A stretch of DNA of 60,490 nucleotides, counting the filler, from Sphacelaria rigidula (lineage: Eukaryota), in assembly GCA_964200075.2 (NCBI GenBank). It is 8 parts of 8 records of this genome, joined end to end, with 100 filler letters (N's around TTAATTAATTAA, not from the genome) between each part and the next. Parts side by side here need not be neighbours in the genome. Positions count along the whole stretch, not along the records: positions 1 to 7,474 come from CAXNAA020014759.1; positions 7,575 to 15,048 come from CAXNAA020014760.1; 6 more parts are not named here. One strand, 5' to 3'. The notes under the pieces are model-generated. The model did not search any database. It saw only the letters and a list, made by a program, of their open reading frames with translations, and was not told the DNA's origin. The translations under genes and the position numbers were made by a program. Positions within the stretch are counted from its first letter, which is position 1; each line of letters starts with the position of its first letter. Of the stretch, positions 1 to 11,928 are shown one piece after another.

Positions 1-50
1 ATCGGAACGGTTTTTAATGTGAAGACAACAACAACAACAACAACAACAAC
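1..50 (+). mobile_element. 3' end of a (CAA)n-tailed non-LTR retroposon
   Basis: ATCGGAACGGTTTTTAATGTGAAGA followed by (CAA)n; the same sequence recurs at 31162-31270 and 37701-37770. Confidence 0.65.
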
Positions 51-2107
51 TCTATGTATAAATTTCCACAGATCAGATGTTTGTGACAATGGAGTGACAT
101 GATTTTTTCTACTCCTGACGGCGGAAACGGAGGAAAGCGCTTTCTGTCAGCTTTTGACAGCCGTTTTGAGAGTATCAAATGTATTTGATTTTCAGGAGCT
201 ATTCGTATCTTCGAGTTATACAGAAACAGATCGCTATAGTCAGAGACAGCGAATTGTTTCGGCTTGACAGCGAATTGTTTCGGCTTCTTGAAAGCTAGGC
301 CAAACTACCTCACAAAAGACTTTTTCGGTCAGCGCGCTTGACGCCATAGGTCATTGAAACGGCAGGTGCATCATATGTTACGAGGACCCCCTTTCTCATA
401 GTGGGGCCATATCTCGCGTCAGGAATAGCTTGCGATGGCCTCCGCAGAGTTGCAAATTTGAACAGAGCACCTCTATCTACGCGCACCAAATGTATTTCAC
501 TTGATCTGCGGCTCACAGAACACAGTACGCCAGCAGCAGCTAAGTCACCACCAGAGTTATGTGGGTTTCATTCTGCATACCAAGAATGTCTCCATGGGCG
601 CGCGTTCTCTACTACGTTCCTTCAAACCGGGTGTTTACGACTGCCCTTGTACCAAATGCAGAGCAAAATCAACGATAACATCTTCCGACACGCGATCGGA
701 TCTTCGCGGAATAAAAATCACTGCGTGTGTGTATATGACAAGGGGATATAGGTGACGGTAACATCGCCCTGTTTTTCGACGACGTGCTCTGTTGCGTGCG
801 GAAACACGTCCTGTCCGAAAAGAGGTGCAGAAAGGAATGATCGATCATTACATTGGTCAGCGCCCCAGCAAGTGACAGCAAGTGACCTGCTTGTCAGCGG
901 GTGGCTTCGCGAACCGCACCCGTGACGCTTTTCCCGCATACTCTTACTTATGTGGTTTGCGCCCTTGGTGTGTTTTGCCCGTCCCGCTGCCGCCGCTCTC
1001 TTGCACGCCCTTTGCACCATCTGTGGGTCCGTCTCACTTGGCGGTCGCATTTCGTCTCTTCACTTACTACTACCGTCATCGTTTCTTTCCTTTGGCATTG
1101 CACGATCGGACCTCATCTTAAATGCTGGTTCGCGTGGGTACACGCGATGGGAACGAAAACTATTAGATTGTGCTTTTCATATGTGCACGCGGTCAAGGCA
1201 CAAGCGCAGACGACGTAGACTAACGCGGGTGGCTACACCGGATTCCCCAACATCCCCCACGAGCATGAATTTTGCAACCACGGCAAGCGATCGCTCAGTA
1301 GAAATACTACCACACTCGTCGAACAAAAGCGGTGAAATATCGGGAAACCCTTGAACTACAATGACTGATATCTCCGGGAGCCCGTATGCTTGGATTGATG
1401 CGTGTACAACCATAGATAAAATGGGCCGTTATTACGTTCTACAGAACTATTAAACCAGCATGCCGTTATGTTTTCTCGGTTCCCCGCCTCAAGTCGTCAA
1501 AGAGCTCGACGGAGGCATTCGAGTTCGATATAAGTTGCAAATATTTCGAAGGATGGCGCGCGTGTGCTCGTTGGATGAAGCTCTACACAAGCGCCGTCCT
1601 TCGAAATATAGGTATTTCGAGTCCTCGAGGTTTCTCACGAAGATTGACAATTGTGCATGTTAATGATTTGTTGGCGTGCATGATGAGGAGTACGAAACGA
1701 ATTTACTCGTGGCAAAGGCGTACGCGACAGAGGACCCAAATCGGGCGGTTGCGTATATGTACGGGGCATCCTCGCAAGAACGCCGACGCCGTTGTCGTCA
1801 GCGCTCTCTGGATCATTGCTTACTTTCAGTGTGCTGAGTGCGCTACTTTTCCCCATTTTACACATTTCCCACGTTTTACACAAGAGTTGAAGGACAATGG
1901 CTCTCCGAGGGCTGAAAAAGAAACGTGTTTTTTTCGGGGCGAACGATAGAACTCAAAATGAGGAGCTACAGACCTAGACCAGGATCATCACGTCGTGATC
2001 TGATTGGACTTGGTATCTCGTTACCAACCAACCGTCGACGTCCGAGCGGGGAGTGGAGGATCAACAGTGAAGCAATTGCTGCCGGCCAAGTATTTATTTC
2101 CTACAGT

Positions 2108-2221
2108 TCAGCTGACTGGTTTCGTATCCGCCACTGTAAGGAGTCTCTCCATCTTGTCGACCTGTAGTTGCACTGGGTCATGCTCCACGACGTTGCCTTC
2201 GTCATCGCGCGGTTCGTGGAC
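2108..2221 (-). CDS. DNAI1: Dynein intermediate chain 1 (IC78-like), terminal exon VHEPRDDEG...VDKMERLLTVADTKPVS*
   Basis: AAG acceptor, phase 0, 38 codons ending in TGA; follows LSPNLRK and resembles the DNAI1 C-terminal K[LM][DE]xLL helix. Confidence 0.75.
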   Translation of the reverse strand, partial: VHEPRDDEGNVVEHDPVQLQVDKMERLLTVADTKPVS

Positions 2222-3045
2222 CTTGTCAATATGGCACGGAGAGAGGTCGCGAGTGCAGCTCGAGTGGATCAAAAATGGGAGAAAATCGTGTATGCCTCAT
2301 GCTGTTTTCTTCTTCGCCACACTTTTAACCCGTCTCTCGCTCCTTGGGACGAGTTGGTGGTCTTACCGTCTCGAGGGATCAAGCGCTCTGTTCCCTGGAG
2401 CAGGTTTCACACCTTGGTATCGCGGAATATGACCAGCACTACCGCATCGCGTCCACTCTCGTCAAATGATGTTTCTTTGTTACAATACTAACATTTCCGC
2501 ATTTTCAAGGACAGGAATCAGATACTTCTTGGAAGAAAAACAAACGCATCTGCCGCATATTCGAACCAGCACTCTTGCGATCTGACTGGTTTCAGCTGTA
2601 CTGGTTAGAACGCTCGGGCGCGGCGGCAAGTGGTGGCCTGTCTGTGCGAGTCAGAAGTCACCAATAATACCTTCAGCACTCGCTTCGTACTCGCAGCATT
2701 TTTCAATGTGTTACACGACTCCATACGCCCCCTCGCGCCACTTCTGATTTCCAAATCGAACCCCAAACGTTTGGATCTCGTCACGCGCTGTTCAATATTT
2801 TTTCATACGCACACAAATAGGCTTGGCCTTGGGCCAATACCGCACAAAAGAAGAAAAGATGAATTATTATGTATAATTGGCAATGCTGTAAACGTAGTAT
2901 CAGCATACTTCCAGAATTTAAAAACCAGAATCTACCAACCATCACGGCATAAACTTCGTCCAGACCTATTTTGACCCATTTCTACAAGAGAGAATATATA
3001 GTGAACATCAATAATAATAACTGGCCGTTCGTTCTTGATTCTCAC

Positions 3046-3117
3046 CTTTCGGAGATTCGGAGATAGCTTGAGGGAGTTCACACCTCCTCGGTCATCCCCT
3101 ACAATAATGATCGGATC
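3046..3117 (-). CDS. DNAI1: Dynein intermediate chain 1 exon DPIIIVGDDRGGVNSLKLSPNLRK
   Basis: CAG acceptor, GTGAGA donor, 24 codons; matches the DNAI1 motif PIIIVGDDRGxVxSLKLSPNLRK. Confidence 0.93.
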
Positions 3118-3961
3118 CTGTCCTCGCAGAGCAGTAAAAACACAAGAACAGAGCGTACACGGAAGGGGAGAGCTCTCGGTGAAAAATAGTAATCAAAATC
3201 CTCAAATGATTCGTGCGTGGTGGTTGCTCTGGCAAAGAAGCAAAACTACAAAGATAAAAAGCGGAAGCGGAAGCGGAAGCGAAGGGGTCTCGATGGACGT
3301 AGTCGTGGATATCCTGAAATGATCCGGAGGAGGGGGAGGGATTGAGGAACAATAACCCTGATGCACCATCCCATTGTGATCTTCGGAGGAGCAATCGTAT
3401 TGTTTTCACCCTATCAATCCGCGCCTTCAACCGCAGATACGGACTAGAAATGGACCACGGGGTTACTCACGAGTCGCGTTAGACTGCAAGTGGACTGTGC
3501 AGCTGTCGATGTATCCTTTGTTATACAGCAGACACTTATGGTCCTGCTATGTTGTTTCTGATGTTTCCTTGCATGTATCATGTATCATCATGCAAAAGGT
3601 ATTTTTGAACCGCGTGAAGGTTCTCCGAAATTATGTTTAGCCGAGCACACATTTTGTACTCGAAATGACAGGTATCGAACTGAGCAAGATAGCTTGTATG
3701 CCGTGTCTAAGCTTTCGCCACGGTCCAAGGTTTCTAAATCGCAGCCTTGTAGGAATACATTTATGCCCGGGGTTCATACGACGAACAGGTTGGCAGCCCT
3801 TCAGGTCCATCTACCTAGCAGAACAACATAATACTATTATACTCGTACCCGAGTGTGCCGTGTTGGCAGGCCCTCCCACAAACTGGCGAACGCTACTATC
3901 ATTCTCTCCATTATCCTTCGGTTCGTGTTGTAGATCGTGGGCAACGGATTGATCTGCTTGC

Positions 3962-4030
3962 CTGTCGGTTGAAGCACACATGCGTTAGCTTCGACCGTTT
4001 AACGACCTTCTGCTCGCACAGCGGCTCGTG
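3962..4030 (-). CDS. DNAI1: Dynein intermediate chain 1 exon HEPLCEQKVVKRSKLTHVCFNRQ
   Basis: CAG acceptor, 23 codons in phase with both neighbours, followed by a non-canonical GCAAGC donor. Confidence 0.88.
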
Positions 4031-5087
4031 CTGAATTGTTGGTGTTGACAGTGATGTGATGGCGGTGGCCATGGTTCAGCGATGATTTGTGGTGGTGGTG
4101 GTGGTGGTGGTAGCGGTCGTCGTCGCCGTTATCGTCGTTATCGTCGTCGGCAACGTTGTATGGGCCGGTTTCAACACACGACGAAAAGCGGATAGTTACC
4201 TAAGGGCGTGGATCATACGGTGCAGCAGCTGAAAGCAGAGGAATTTATTTTTTCATGTCAACACCGACCGCGGAGAGGAAACGTTGGCACGGCACGCAGG
4301 GGAGTGCTTCGATTACAACCCACAAATGCCGTGGAACGCCGTCCGCGTGCTGTAGCATGTGCCGGAACACAGGGGTGATTCCAATGAAAGGAAGCGGTTC
4401 CTTCGAATCTTGTCTGGCGGGAGTGCTTTTCCAACCGAAGGCGCTCGAACATCTAGAAACCAACATCATCAGGGGTTGACATGTTGTCCAAGCTGTGCTA
4501 CCTTTTCAGGTACTTATTCCGCTGTGATTTTGTTCTGATCCACGAGTCATCACACGATCACTCTTGCTTGTCACATACTCGGCAGGCAGAATACATGACG
4601 CATTAATACCCAGACAGAGTCGCCCAGAGGTCTGATTTGGTCGTTGTAAGATCCGCCATGTTTGGCGAGTTTAACCTTCACACCGCGAGACAATACGTTC
4701 GACGAATAGAATCTCTGTCTCAGTGTTGCCACTTGATCTCGCGCAATGTTATGATACAGGGCCATCAAATGCAGCACCGGACACTAGTCTTCTGGACTTG
4801 ACCGCTATCATACATCATTCAGAGCCACGCCCGCGTTCTGATTTTGCCGCCCACTGTAGTAACACTCGGGACCCGTTTCAACTTACTCGCTTTGGTCATG
4901 GTACCCCAGTAATTTGTAATTCGTCGAACACCGATTTTTTCCGAGCCTCTGCACATCGTCAGAAGCGGGGTGATCAGCATGTTTCTTTTCTGCACACGGT
5001 ACCTAGTGTTAGAACCGCCTGCGGTGGGAATACAGAGGTGAGCAACCACGCAGCCCTTCAGACACGTATCCTCGACGTTGATATTAC

Positions 5088-5183
5088 CTTGTTCTCGGCG
5101 AGATCGAAGACGTGAACCTTCCCGTCGCTGGTGACTGCCGCGAACACCGTGGAGGAGTAGGGTGACCAATAAACGTCTCCGAC
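5088..5183 (-). CDS. DNAI1: Dynein intermediate chain 1 WD40 exon [32 protein letters not shown]
   Basis: TTTTCAG acceptor, GTAATA donor, 32 codons; matches the DNAI1/IC78 motif [28 protein letters not shown]. Confidence 0.93.
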
Positions 5184-6093
5184 CTGAAAAAGAAAATATA
5201 ATTATGTTCATTATCATCGTTCAGACATGAAAGAGATGGACGTTTATCTGAGGCCTCAGAAAAAAGGGTTGCCAGGTATCCTCGGCGAGTTTTTTTTGTT
5301 CGTTACCTGGTTTCAGAGAAAAATGCGGCTTACCTAGTATAATACATAAGTGTCGATGCTTACCTTTGTCCAAATCCGGGTCCCTGTGTTCTATGTAAGT
5401 ATATATATTTTGTTATTTGGCCTATTATTTAAAAGTATAATGGAATTTTAAATTGAACGATGACCGCTCCACACGATGGCGTTCAGACGAATCACTCGTT
5501 GGCTCGATGTGGCACATGCCTCTTCAATGTATTCTTAATTTACTGACACACACTACAGAAGCATTCCCGAAAACGGTTCACGGGTGACTCGTGCTTACTT
5601 CCGAGTATCTTTCTTCTTGTTTATTGTGCGCATCGAGATTTCTTGGCACCTGCCTGCTCCTGCTAGTGGCCTGTGGTGAACACCTTTGTGCTCAGTGGGT
5701 GAATGCCAACAGTATTCTTTTGATAATCATTCAATATTGGCACTCTGTGAACTGGTCTTTCTACGATACCGCCCCCCCCCCCCGAAAAAAGTGGCTGGTC
5801 TGGAGATGCAAAATCTACACGTAAGTCGAAATGAAGAAAGCCGAGCACAACGAGCAGCTGAGAATTCCCACGCCTGGGTTCGGTTTCGCCAATATCGCCC
5901 ATATGAGGCGCTTCATACAGCCTGAAACTAAACTCAACGCGCTGTATTACGATTTTCTTGGTGACAGCTTTGGGCTGTTTTCTTTTTTTGGGGGGGGGGG
6001 CTATGGTAGAAATACCCGAACGTTGTTGTATGCTTCAACCAGTAAATGTGGCAAATACCGGTGCATATAGAGAGTTGCACGTACATAATGTTT

Positions 6094-7309
6094 CACACGT
6101 CGGACGGATCAGCTCCCTATAGCTCGAGCTAGCTCTTTTTGAGCGTAGCTCCCTAGCGAGCTATAAGAGCTACATGAGCTACACATGTTTCTCCTGGGGG
6201 GAGCTATGAGAGCTGTATGAGCTACGCACGTTTGCGATAGGTGAGCTACCAACCCGTAGCTCATCAGCTCATATTCGTCCTGGACTGGATGAGCTATGGG
6301 AGCTGTATGTGCTACGCACGTTTGCGATAGATGAGCTACCAACCCGTAGCTCATCAGCTCAGATTCGACCTGGGTGAGCTATGAGAGCTGCATGAGCTAC
6401 GAATTTTTGCCCTGGATGAGCTACGCATTTTTGCCCTGGATGAGCTACCAACCCGTAGCTCATCAGTTCATATTAGCCCTGGGTGAGCTATGAGAGCTGC
6501 ATGAGCTACACATGTTTGCCCTGGATAAGCTATGAGAGCTGCATGAGCTACACATGTTTGCCCTGGTTGAGCTATAAGTGATGCATGAGCTACACATATT
6601 TGCCCTGGATGAGCTATAAGAGATGTGTTGGCTTCTTGTCTTGCTATCGCGAAGAGTGAGGTGAAACATCACAACCTAATGATATGTGGCACCATCCGTT
6701 CGAACAAGAATGTTGCATCAAAAGCGACACAGGGTTTGCCAGCGGCGAGCTAGGCATATGACGTGAGTGAGCCACGACCATTTGTCCCTGGGGTGAGCTA
6801 CCGGGCGTAGCTCATCTGCTCATGTTTTCCCCGGGTGAGCTACAACAGCTGCGTGAGCTACACATGTTTGCCTCGGGTGAGCTATCGAGCATAACTCATC
6901 CGCATATGTTTTCCCTAGGTGAGCTGTGAGAGCTACACGAGCTACACATGTATGCCCTGGCTGAGCTACCAACCCGTAGCTCATCAGCTCATATTCGCCC
7001 TGGATGAGCTATCAACCCGTAGCTCATCAGCTCAGATTCGTCCTGGGTGAGCTGTGAGAGCTGCATGAGCTACGCATATTTTCCCTTGGTGAGCTACCAA
7101 CCCGGAGCTCATTAGCTCATAGTAGCCCGGGGTGAGCTATGAGAGCTGCATGAGCTACACATGTTTTTCCTGGGTGAGCTACCAACTCGTACCTCATCAG
7201 CGCACGTTCGCCTTGTGTTGAGCTATCGGACGTAGCTCACATGTACATGTTTGACTACAAGTGAGCTACCGCCCGCAGATGAGCTAGCTCATGAGCTGTC
7301 CTACGTGTG
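6094..7309. repeat. AGCT-rich array of 42/43-bp units bounded by CACACGT(C/A)GGAC inverted termini; possible non-autonomous DNA transposon
   Basis: Two unit types, GAGCTATGAGAGCTGCATGAGCTACACATGTTTGCCCTGGAT and GAGCTACCAACCCGTAGCTCATCAGCTCATATTCGCCCTGGAT; termini CACACGTCGGAC and GTCCTACGTGTG; no clear TSD. Confidence 0.75.
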
Positions 7310-7474
7310 CTACCTTGTCCACCGTTGACTTCGGTCGCAACGTTCGACATTTAATCAGGTGAACGAGCTGTTCCTCATCACGAAGCTCGGCCAGCAGAAG
7401 ATCGTATACCCTGAAATTCCCTTGTGGGGAAAGTACAGGGTATACAACACGCCTAGAGAGGCTGTGGATTCGAT

Positions 7475-7574
7475 NNNNNNNNNNNNNNNNNNNNNNNNNN
7501 NNNNNNNNNNNNNNNNNNTTAATTAATTAANNNNNNNNNNNNNNNNNNNNNNNNNNNNNNNNNNNNNNNNNNNN
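7475..7574. other. Artificial contig linker
   Basis: N44-TTAATTAATTAA-N44, with stops in all six frames. Confidence 0.98.
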
Positions 7575-8132
7575 TCTCCCGTTTTTTTTTTTTTTGTTTT
7601 AAGACACGGTTCCTGTTTTTACTTCCTCTCGATATCGCTCTAATTTCCTGTTTTTTTTTTTTTAAATGCACCCCCAGAAATGTTGTGCGTAGTGGTGATA
7701 ATAAAGGTCGTGTCCAAACTTCAGCGCCTAACTCTTCGAATTACCCACAGCATCGCCAGAACGCATTCAAAAATCACTGTCAGCTGGCCCAGCCTGTATT
7801 TCATTTTGTCTTTAGACTGACAATGCTGCTGAGATTGCGGTAGATCATTTCTACCCTTGTTTTTTCTTGTTCTGCATTTCTAATCATAACCGCATTTTTG
7901 AGCATCACACTACCTCCCATCGCTATATCTCTCTCTAACCCTTCAGTTTTCACCAGCGGGGGTGCGGCGATGATACTGTTCATACTCATTTTGTTCTTGG
8001 CATTGTGTTCACAGTGCAGCCAATTGTCACCGTCAGCTATCTACTGTGTACATGTACTGTACCATTTATTTGACACCAAACGTTTCCGGTTTGTTGGAAA
8101 ATGTTTTTCTGGGGTGGGGGTGGGGAGCGCAG

Positions 8133-8240
8133 ATGGTGGCTGAGATGACCGGTCGCCAGTTTCGCATGGTGAGGGACGAGGGCGGCCTGGTGCGTCTGGA
8201 GAAACGGAGCGCCAATAACCTCGCTGAACTGGATGATCAG
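8133..8240 (+). CDS. SBNO: Strawberry notch-like helicase-related protein, exon MVAEMTGRQFRMVRDEGG...ELDDQ
   Basis: CAG acceptor, GTAATC donor, 36 codons; carries the VAEMTGR motif of the SBNO/FORGETTER1 C-terminal helicase-like domain. Confidence 0.85.
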
Positions 8241-9305
8241 GTAATCGCACGGCTGCACCTTCGCCCCTCGGGGTATCGTTGATTTGCTTCATTGCTTGGT
8301 TTACTGACTGTCGCACGCTGACGGGATTGGAACTCGTGAACTCTGTAATAAGAGGCGGTTTCACCAGTTTGACCACCGGGTGACACACGAAAATTGGATG
8401 CGGTGGGTAATTCGAAGAGTTACGCACTGAAATTATGACACAACATTTTTATCATCACTACGCATAACATTTCTGGGGGTGCATCCACAAGGGACGGAGT
8501 CGCGGTTAGTGCTTGGTCATTAGATCGACATATGTTCACAAGGTGAAAAAAAAGAACAAGAAAAAACGTCACTCGTTTACAAGTGAAGGAGACGTTGAGA
8601 CAGGGGAAAGGCAGAGGAAGCGACAAAGGAAGACACAAATAACGAACTGACCGACAGACAGAAGAAAGGGGGTTATCGGAAAGAAGAAAGAGAGATGGAA
8701 GAAAGCAAGGTAAAGCAACACGAGATGATGGGAAAAAATATCCGGGACAATCAGTCGGCGATACTGTTGCGAGCACACTCTGGATAATGATATAAGATGA
8801 CATCGTCCAAAAGTATGCTGCGTACAGTATGGAATCTATTGGTTCGAGTTCAAGTTTGCAGTTCAAGGCTTCACCTTTGGAACGGCCGCACTCCTCGCCA
8901 GACGCTAAACGGACAGTGCGACACGAGAAACAAGAAGAATATGGAAGGAATGGAGAGAAGACGATTAGGAAATGACCGCGCATGATATAGTAGTGGTGAC
9001 ATAACCCGTCTGGAGGCATTTTCACTTAAATGTCTTCCGTACTCAGGTGCTTTCAGCGAAGTGAATACCAGAAGCTCACTTAGTTGATACTCCGCCTAGT
9101 CGATTGTATCGCTTCCACCACCTCTCCTGCGCGCTGCCATTCTTTCCCACATAGCTTCACGCAGTGCTTCCAGCCAACGTAGCCGTCCCTCTGTTGGTCA
9201 GCGAGCGTCCTCGCGTTACAGGCTGCGCACCTCCATGTACGACAAGTCGCGCAAACTGGAAGATCCTCACCCAGAAATCAGTGGGTTCCCTGAATTAACG
9301 TTCAT

Positions 9306-9600
9306 CATGGACCCCCCTTTGGAGTCAGAACAAGGCCACAGGACTGCTCCAAGAGCTACGAGGTGGAAATTTCGGGGCAGATTTTGTTCACGAACACACA
9401 GCCTCCGTTATTGGAAGGGACCTTCGCACCTCCGTGCACACATATCCTGTGTCAAGCAGCCCTGGTCATACTCCAGAGGATATCCCATGACCTAATCTCA
9501 CGTAAACTTCCTATCCATGTATCCTGTACCAATAGCCAGCTTATCATGCACCTGAACGTGTACTGGAAGTGGACTACTCCACGGCACCCCACAAAACCGG
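9306..9600 (-). mobile_element. Degenerate LTR with adjacent PPT, related to the Gypsy LTR at 49571-49822
   Basis: Shares TCAGAACAAGG and GTGTACTGGAAGTGGACTACTC, plus the flank GCACCCCACAAAAC (GCACTCTCCAAAAC at the 49571 LTR). Confidence 0.7.
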
Positions 9601-9687
9601 TCGGGGTTACTCTCTAATGGGCTCTTGAGTACATACAGCACGGTGGTGCAATGAAACCCGCCAACCATGGCGACGAATGCGTCTAGT

Positions 9688-9872
9688 TATTTCACACCTT
9701 TGGCAATACGTGGTCACTTGATGCAGTGCTGTAGACAACGAAATGTACTGTGTAAAGTATAAGTATATTGCAACTATTGTCGACCGACAATAGTTGCAGT
9801 GGTCTGTACTTTACGCACTACATCTGTTGCCTGTTGCAACCATTGGCCTTATATTTCCCAGGCTGCGACTTA
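9688..9872 (+). ncRNA. Long imperfect intronic foldback; candidate miRNA precursor or old MITE
   Basis: Perfect 14-bp arms TGCAACTATTGTCG/CGACAATAGTTGCA (9769-9798), extended by imperfect pairing for roughly 80 nt on each side. Confidence 0.35.
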
Positions 9873-10294
9873 TTCGTGAGCATCATTAGCGGACAACACT
9901 GACTAGACTGACTAGACTCGTCAATCACTCGACTTTACGGAGCCGACATGGCTGTGCATTAACACCATGGTGACCAATACATGGCAAATTCCTATTCATG
10001 AAGGATTTACGACAACGTATAACTGTCGTGGATAGTACCTGCGTACGTGGAGTTCCTAAAGTCACACAACTCCGTTCTACACCAAAACAATTTCATCGAA
10101 GGAGTTGTCCCCCCCACGTATATGTTTAACCTTTTTCATTTGTTCCATTTTCTTACAGCGAGTGTTTCCATTTTGTTTTTGTTTTTCAATCTCGGGTACG
10201 CCTTTCATGTGACAACGGCTGGCTCCCTTGGGGATAAAAAAAAGCCCAACAATCAATCATTCACTCAATCAATCAACCAACAGTCGAAAATATC

Positions 10295-10506
10295 CAGGGC
10301 TCTATGCGTTACACGTCACGACTTAACGCTGCACATAACAAAATTCGTTACACACGGAGCCCCGTGTAAAGTCGTGTCAAATCAAATTAAGCCTCGGGCC
10401 TGGCTGGTACTACGGTGGGGGACCACGTAGGCCCCCACCCTAGTACCAGTCGGGCTTAACTTGTGACGTGTAACGAACTTTGTGACGTGTAACGTAAAGA
10501 GCCCTG
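10295..10506. mobile_element. 212-bp foldback MITE with CAGGGCTCT TIRs
   Basis: Left end CAGGGCTCTATGCGTTACACGTCAC; reverse complement of right end CAGGGCTCTTTACGTTACACGTCAC; interior also palindromic. Confidence 0.75.
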
Positions 10507-10558
10507 ATAATTATCGAGTAGTTCGCCCTGTTCCCAGGAGAGATCACCCTAGACCCTC

Positions 10559-10738
10559 AGCAACGCTACGGTAGGGGTACAGAAATAATTTCTGATATTA
10601 GAATTGTTAGGAGCGTATCCCGAATAAATCTGCAAACGGGGATGCCCTGACCCGTATTCTTGTGCGTCTAAAATCGTTAGGAGCCCCTGAACCAGACAAA
10701 ATTTCGCGAAAAAAGTGCACCCCTACCGTAGCGTTGCT
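10559..10738. mobile_element. 180-bp MITE with 23-bp TIRs
   Basis: AGCAACGCTACGGTAGGGGTACA and TGCACCCCTACCGTAGCGTTGCT, one mismatch. Confidence 0.8.
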
Positions 10739-11928
10739 CTTATACCCAGACTGTGCAGCCGGAACGTCGATACTGCGCCCGCGGGAACCGGTTTCGCCTT
10801 CAGTACGATACGTCGAACGTATACAATCCCGCTCGTGATTCGTGCGGTACGCCTTCGTATGCTACGCTTTTCCCCATTTGTGTATCCATTCGGGATGAAT
10901 CACGCCTTTCTGTTTCCCATTCAGCATGAAGCTCTCTCTGAAGACAACATTTTTCACACCGTGGGACGTAAATAGTTCTGATTTCGTCCCATATTCAAGT
11001 TTTGCACTTACTTTGTCCCGTATTCAAGTTTTGCACAAACCAATCATACGATTCGTACACAAAAGTATGATTGATTCGTATACAAAAGGGGCTGGTGATT
11101 CGTACGGCACGACATGATGATACAAAGAGAATAGTATCGTTCGGTTGTCCACATGCGTATCTCTACTGTGCGCGCCGATATCCTAGAGTGAGCAAGCATC
11201 TAGTGAAGTCTAATCATGCGTAGACAAATGCGTGTTTTAATATATATATATATATCATGTTGCATACGCAAGAATACATCGAAAATACACCATCCTGATT
11301 GTGTACTAGTTCATTTCTAACTACTATGCCGACCTTCTTACATCTGCTCGTTATCTTAATCAACCTCGTTACAGTCTCACGGTTATGTCTGAAACAAGAG
11401 CAAGCTCTTATCACGTGGGAAAGTTCAACGCAGAACGATACTCGACGAGCGTCAGGATGTCTCGATCACAGCTTCAGGCCGATTTGATTTATTTTTCCAC
11501 TTGGTGGGATATACCTCAGCTCTCAAAAGAGAGTGAACCCCAGGGTGCCAGCTGGATCGATTCTTGTAAAGAACCGGATCCAACCGGGTGTAAAGAGGCA
11601 TGTTTATGTATGCCGTCTTTCGACGGATTACACCGCCTTCACCCCTGATCACGGTACTAGCCAGTTCCCGCAATCAGCACTCCGGGCGTAGTGTCGTTTT
11701 GAAACTGACGACCCATCATCGTACTATCTCCATTTACCCCGCCACGCCGCGATCCGCAACAATGAAACGTGCGTATATCCGCGCGTGGCACTCATGCAGC
11801 ACGCCGTCGAACGTACATTCTTCCCATCGATGATGATGATTCATATGGATTCATATGGTATGGATCACAGGTACGAGTTTCTCACCCTGAGATTCATGCG
11901 GCATGATTCATAGGTGCATATTTCGGAC

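Noticed and set aside
1400..2990. Possible decayed CACTA transposase on the - strand (for example HIDKVH resembling HxIDVMH)
   Set aside because: The best-looking part is the terminal DNAI1 exon and its acceptor; the rest is stop-ridden with no reliable motif.
6094..7309. CRISPR-like array (also considered for 13710-14250 and 41500-41850)
   Set aside because: Units are contiguous with no unique spacers, there are no cas genes, and the context is eukaryotic.
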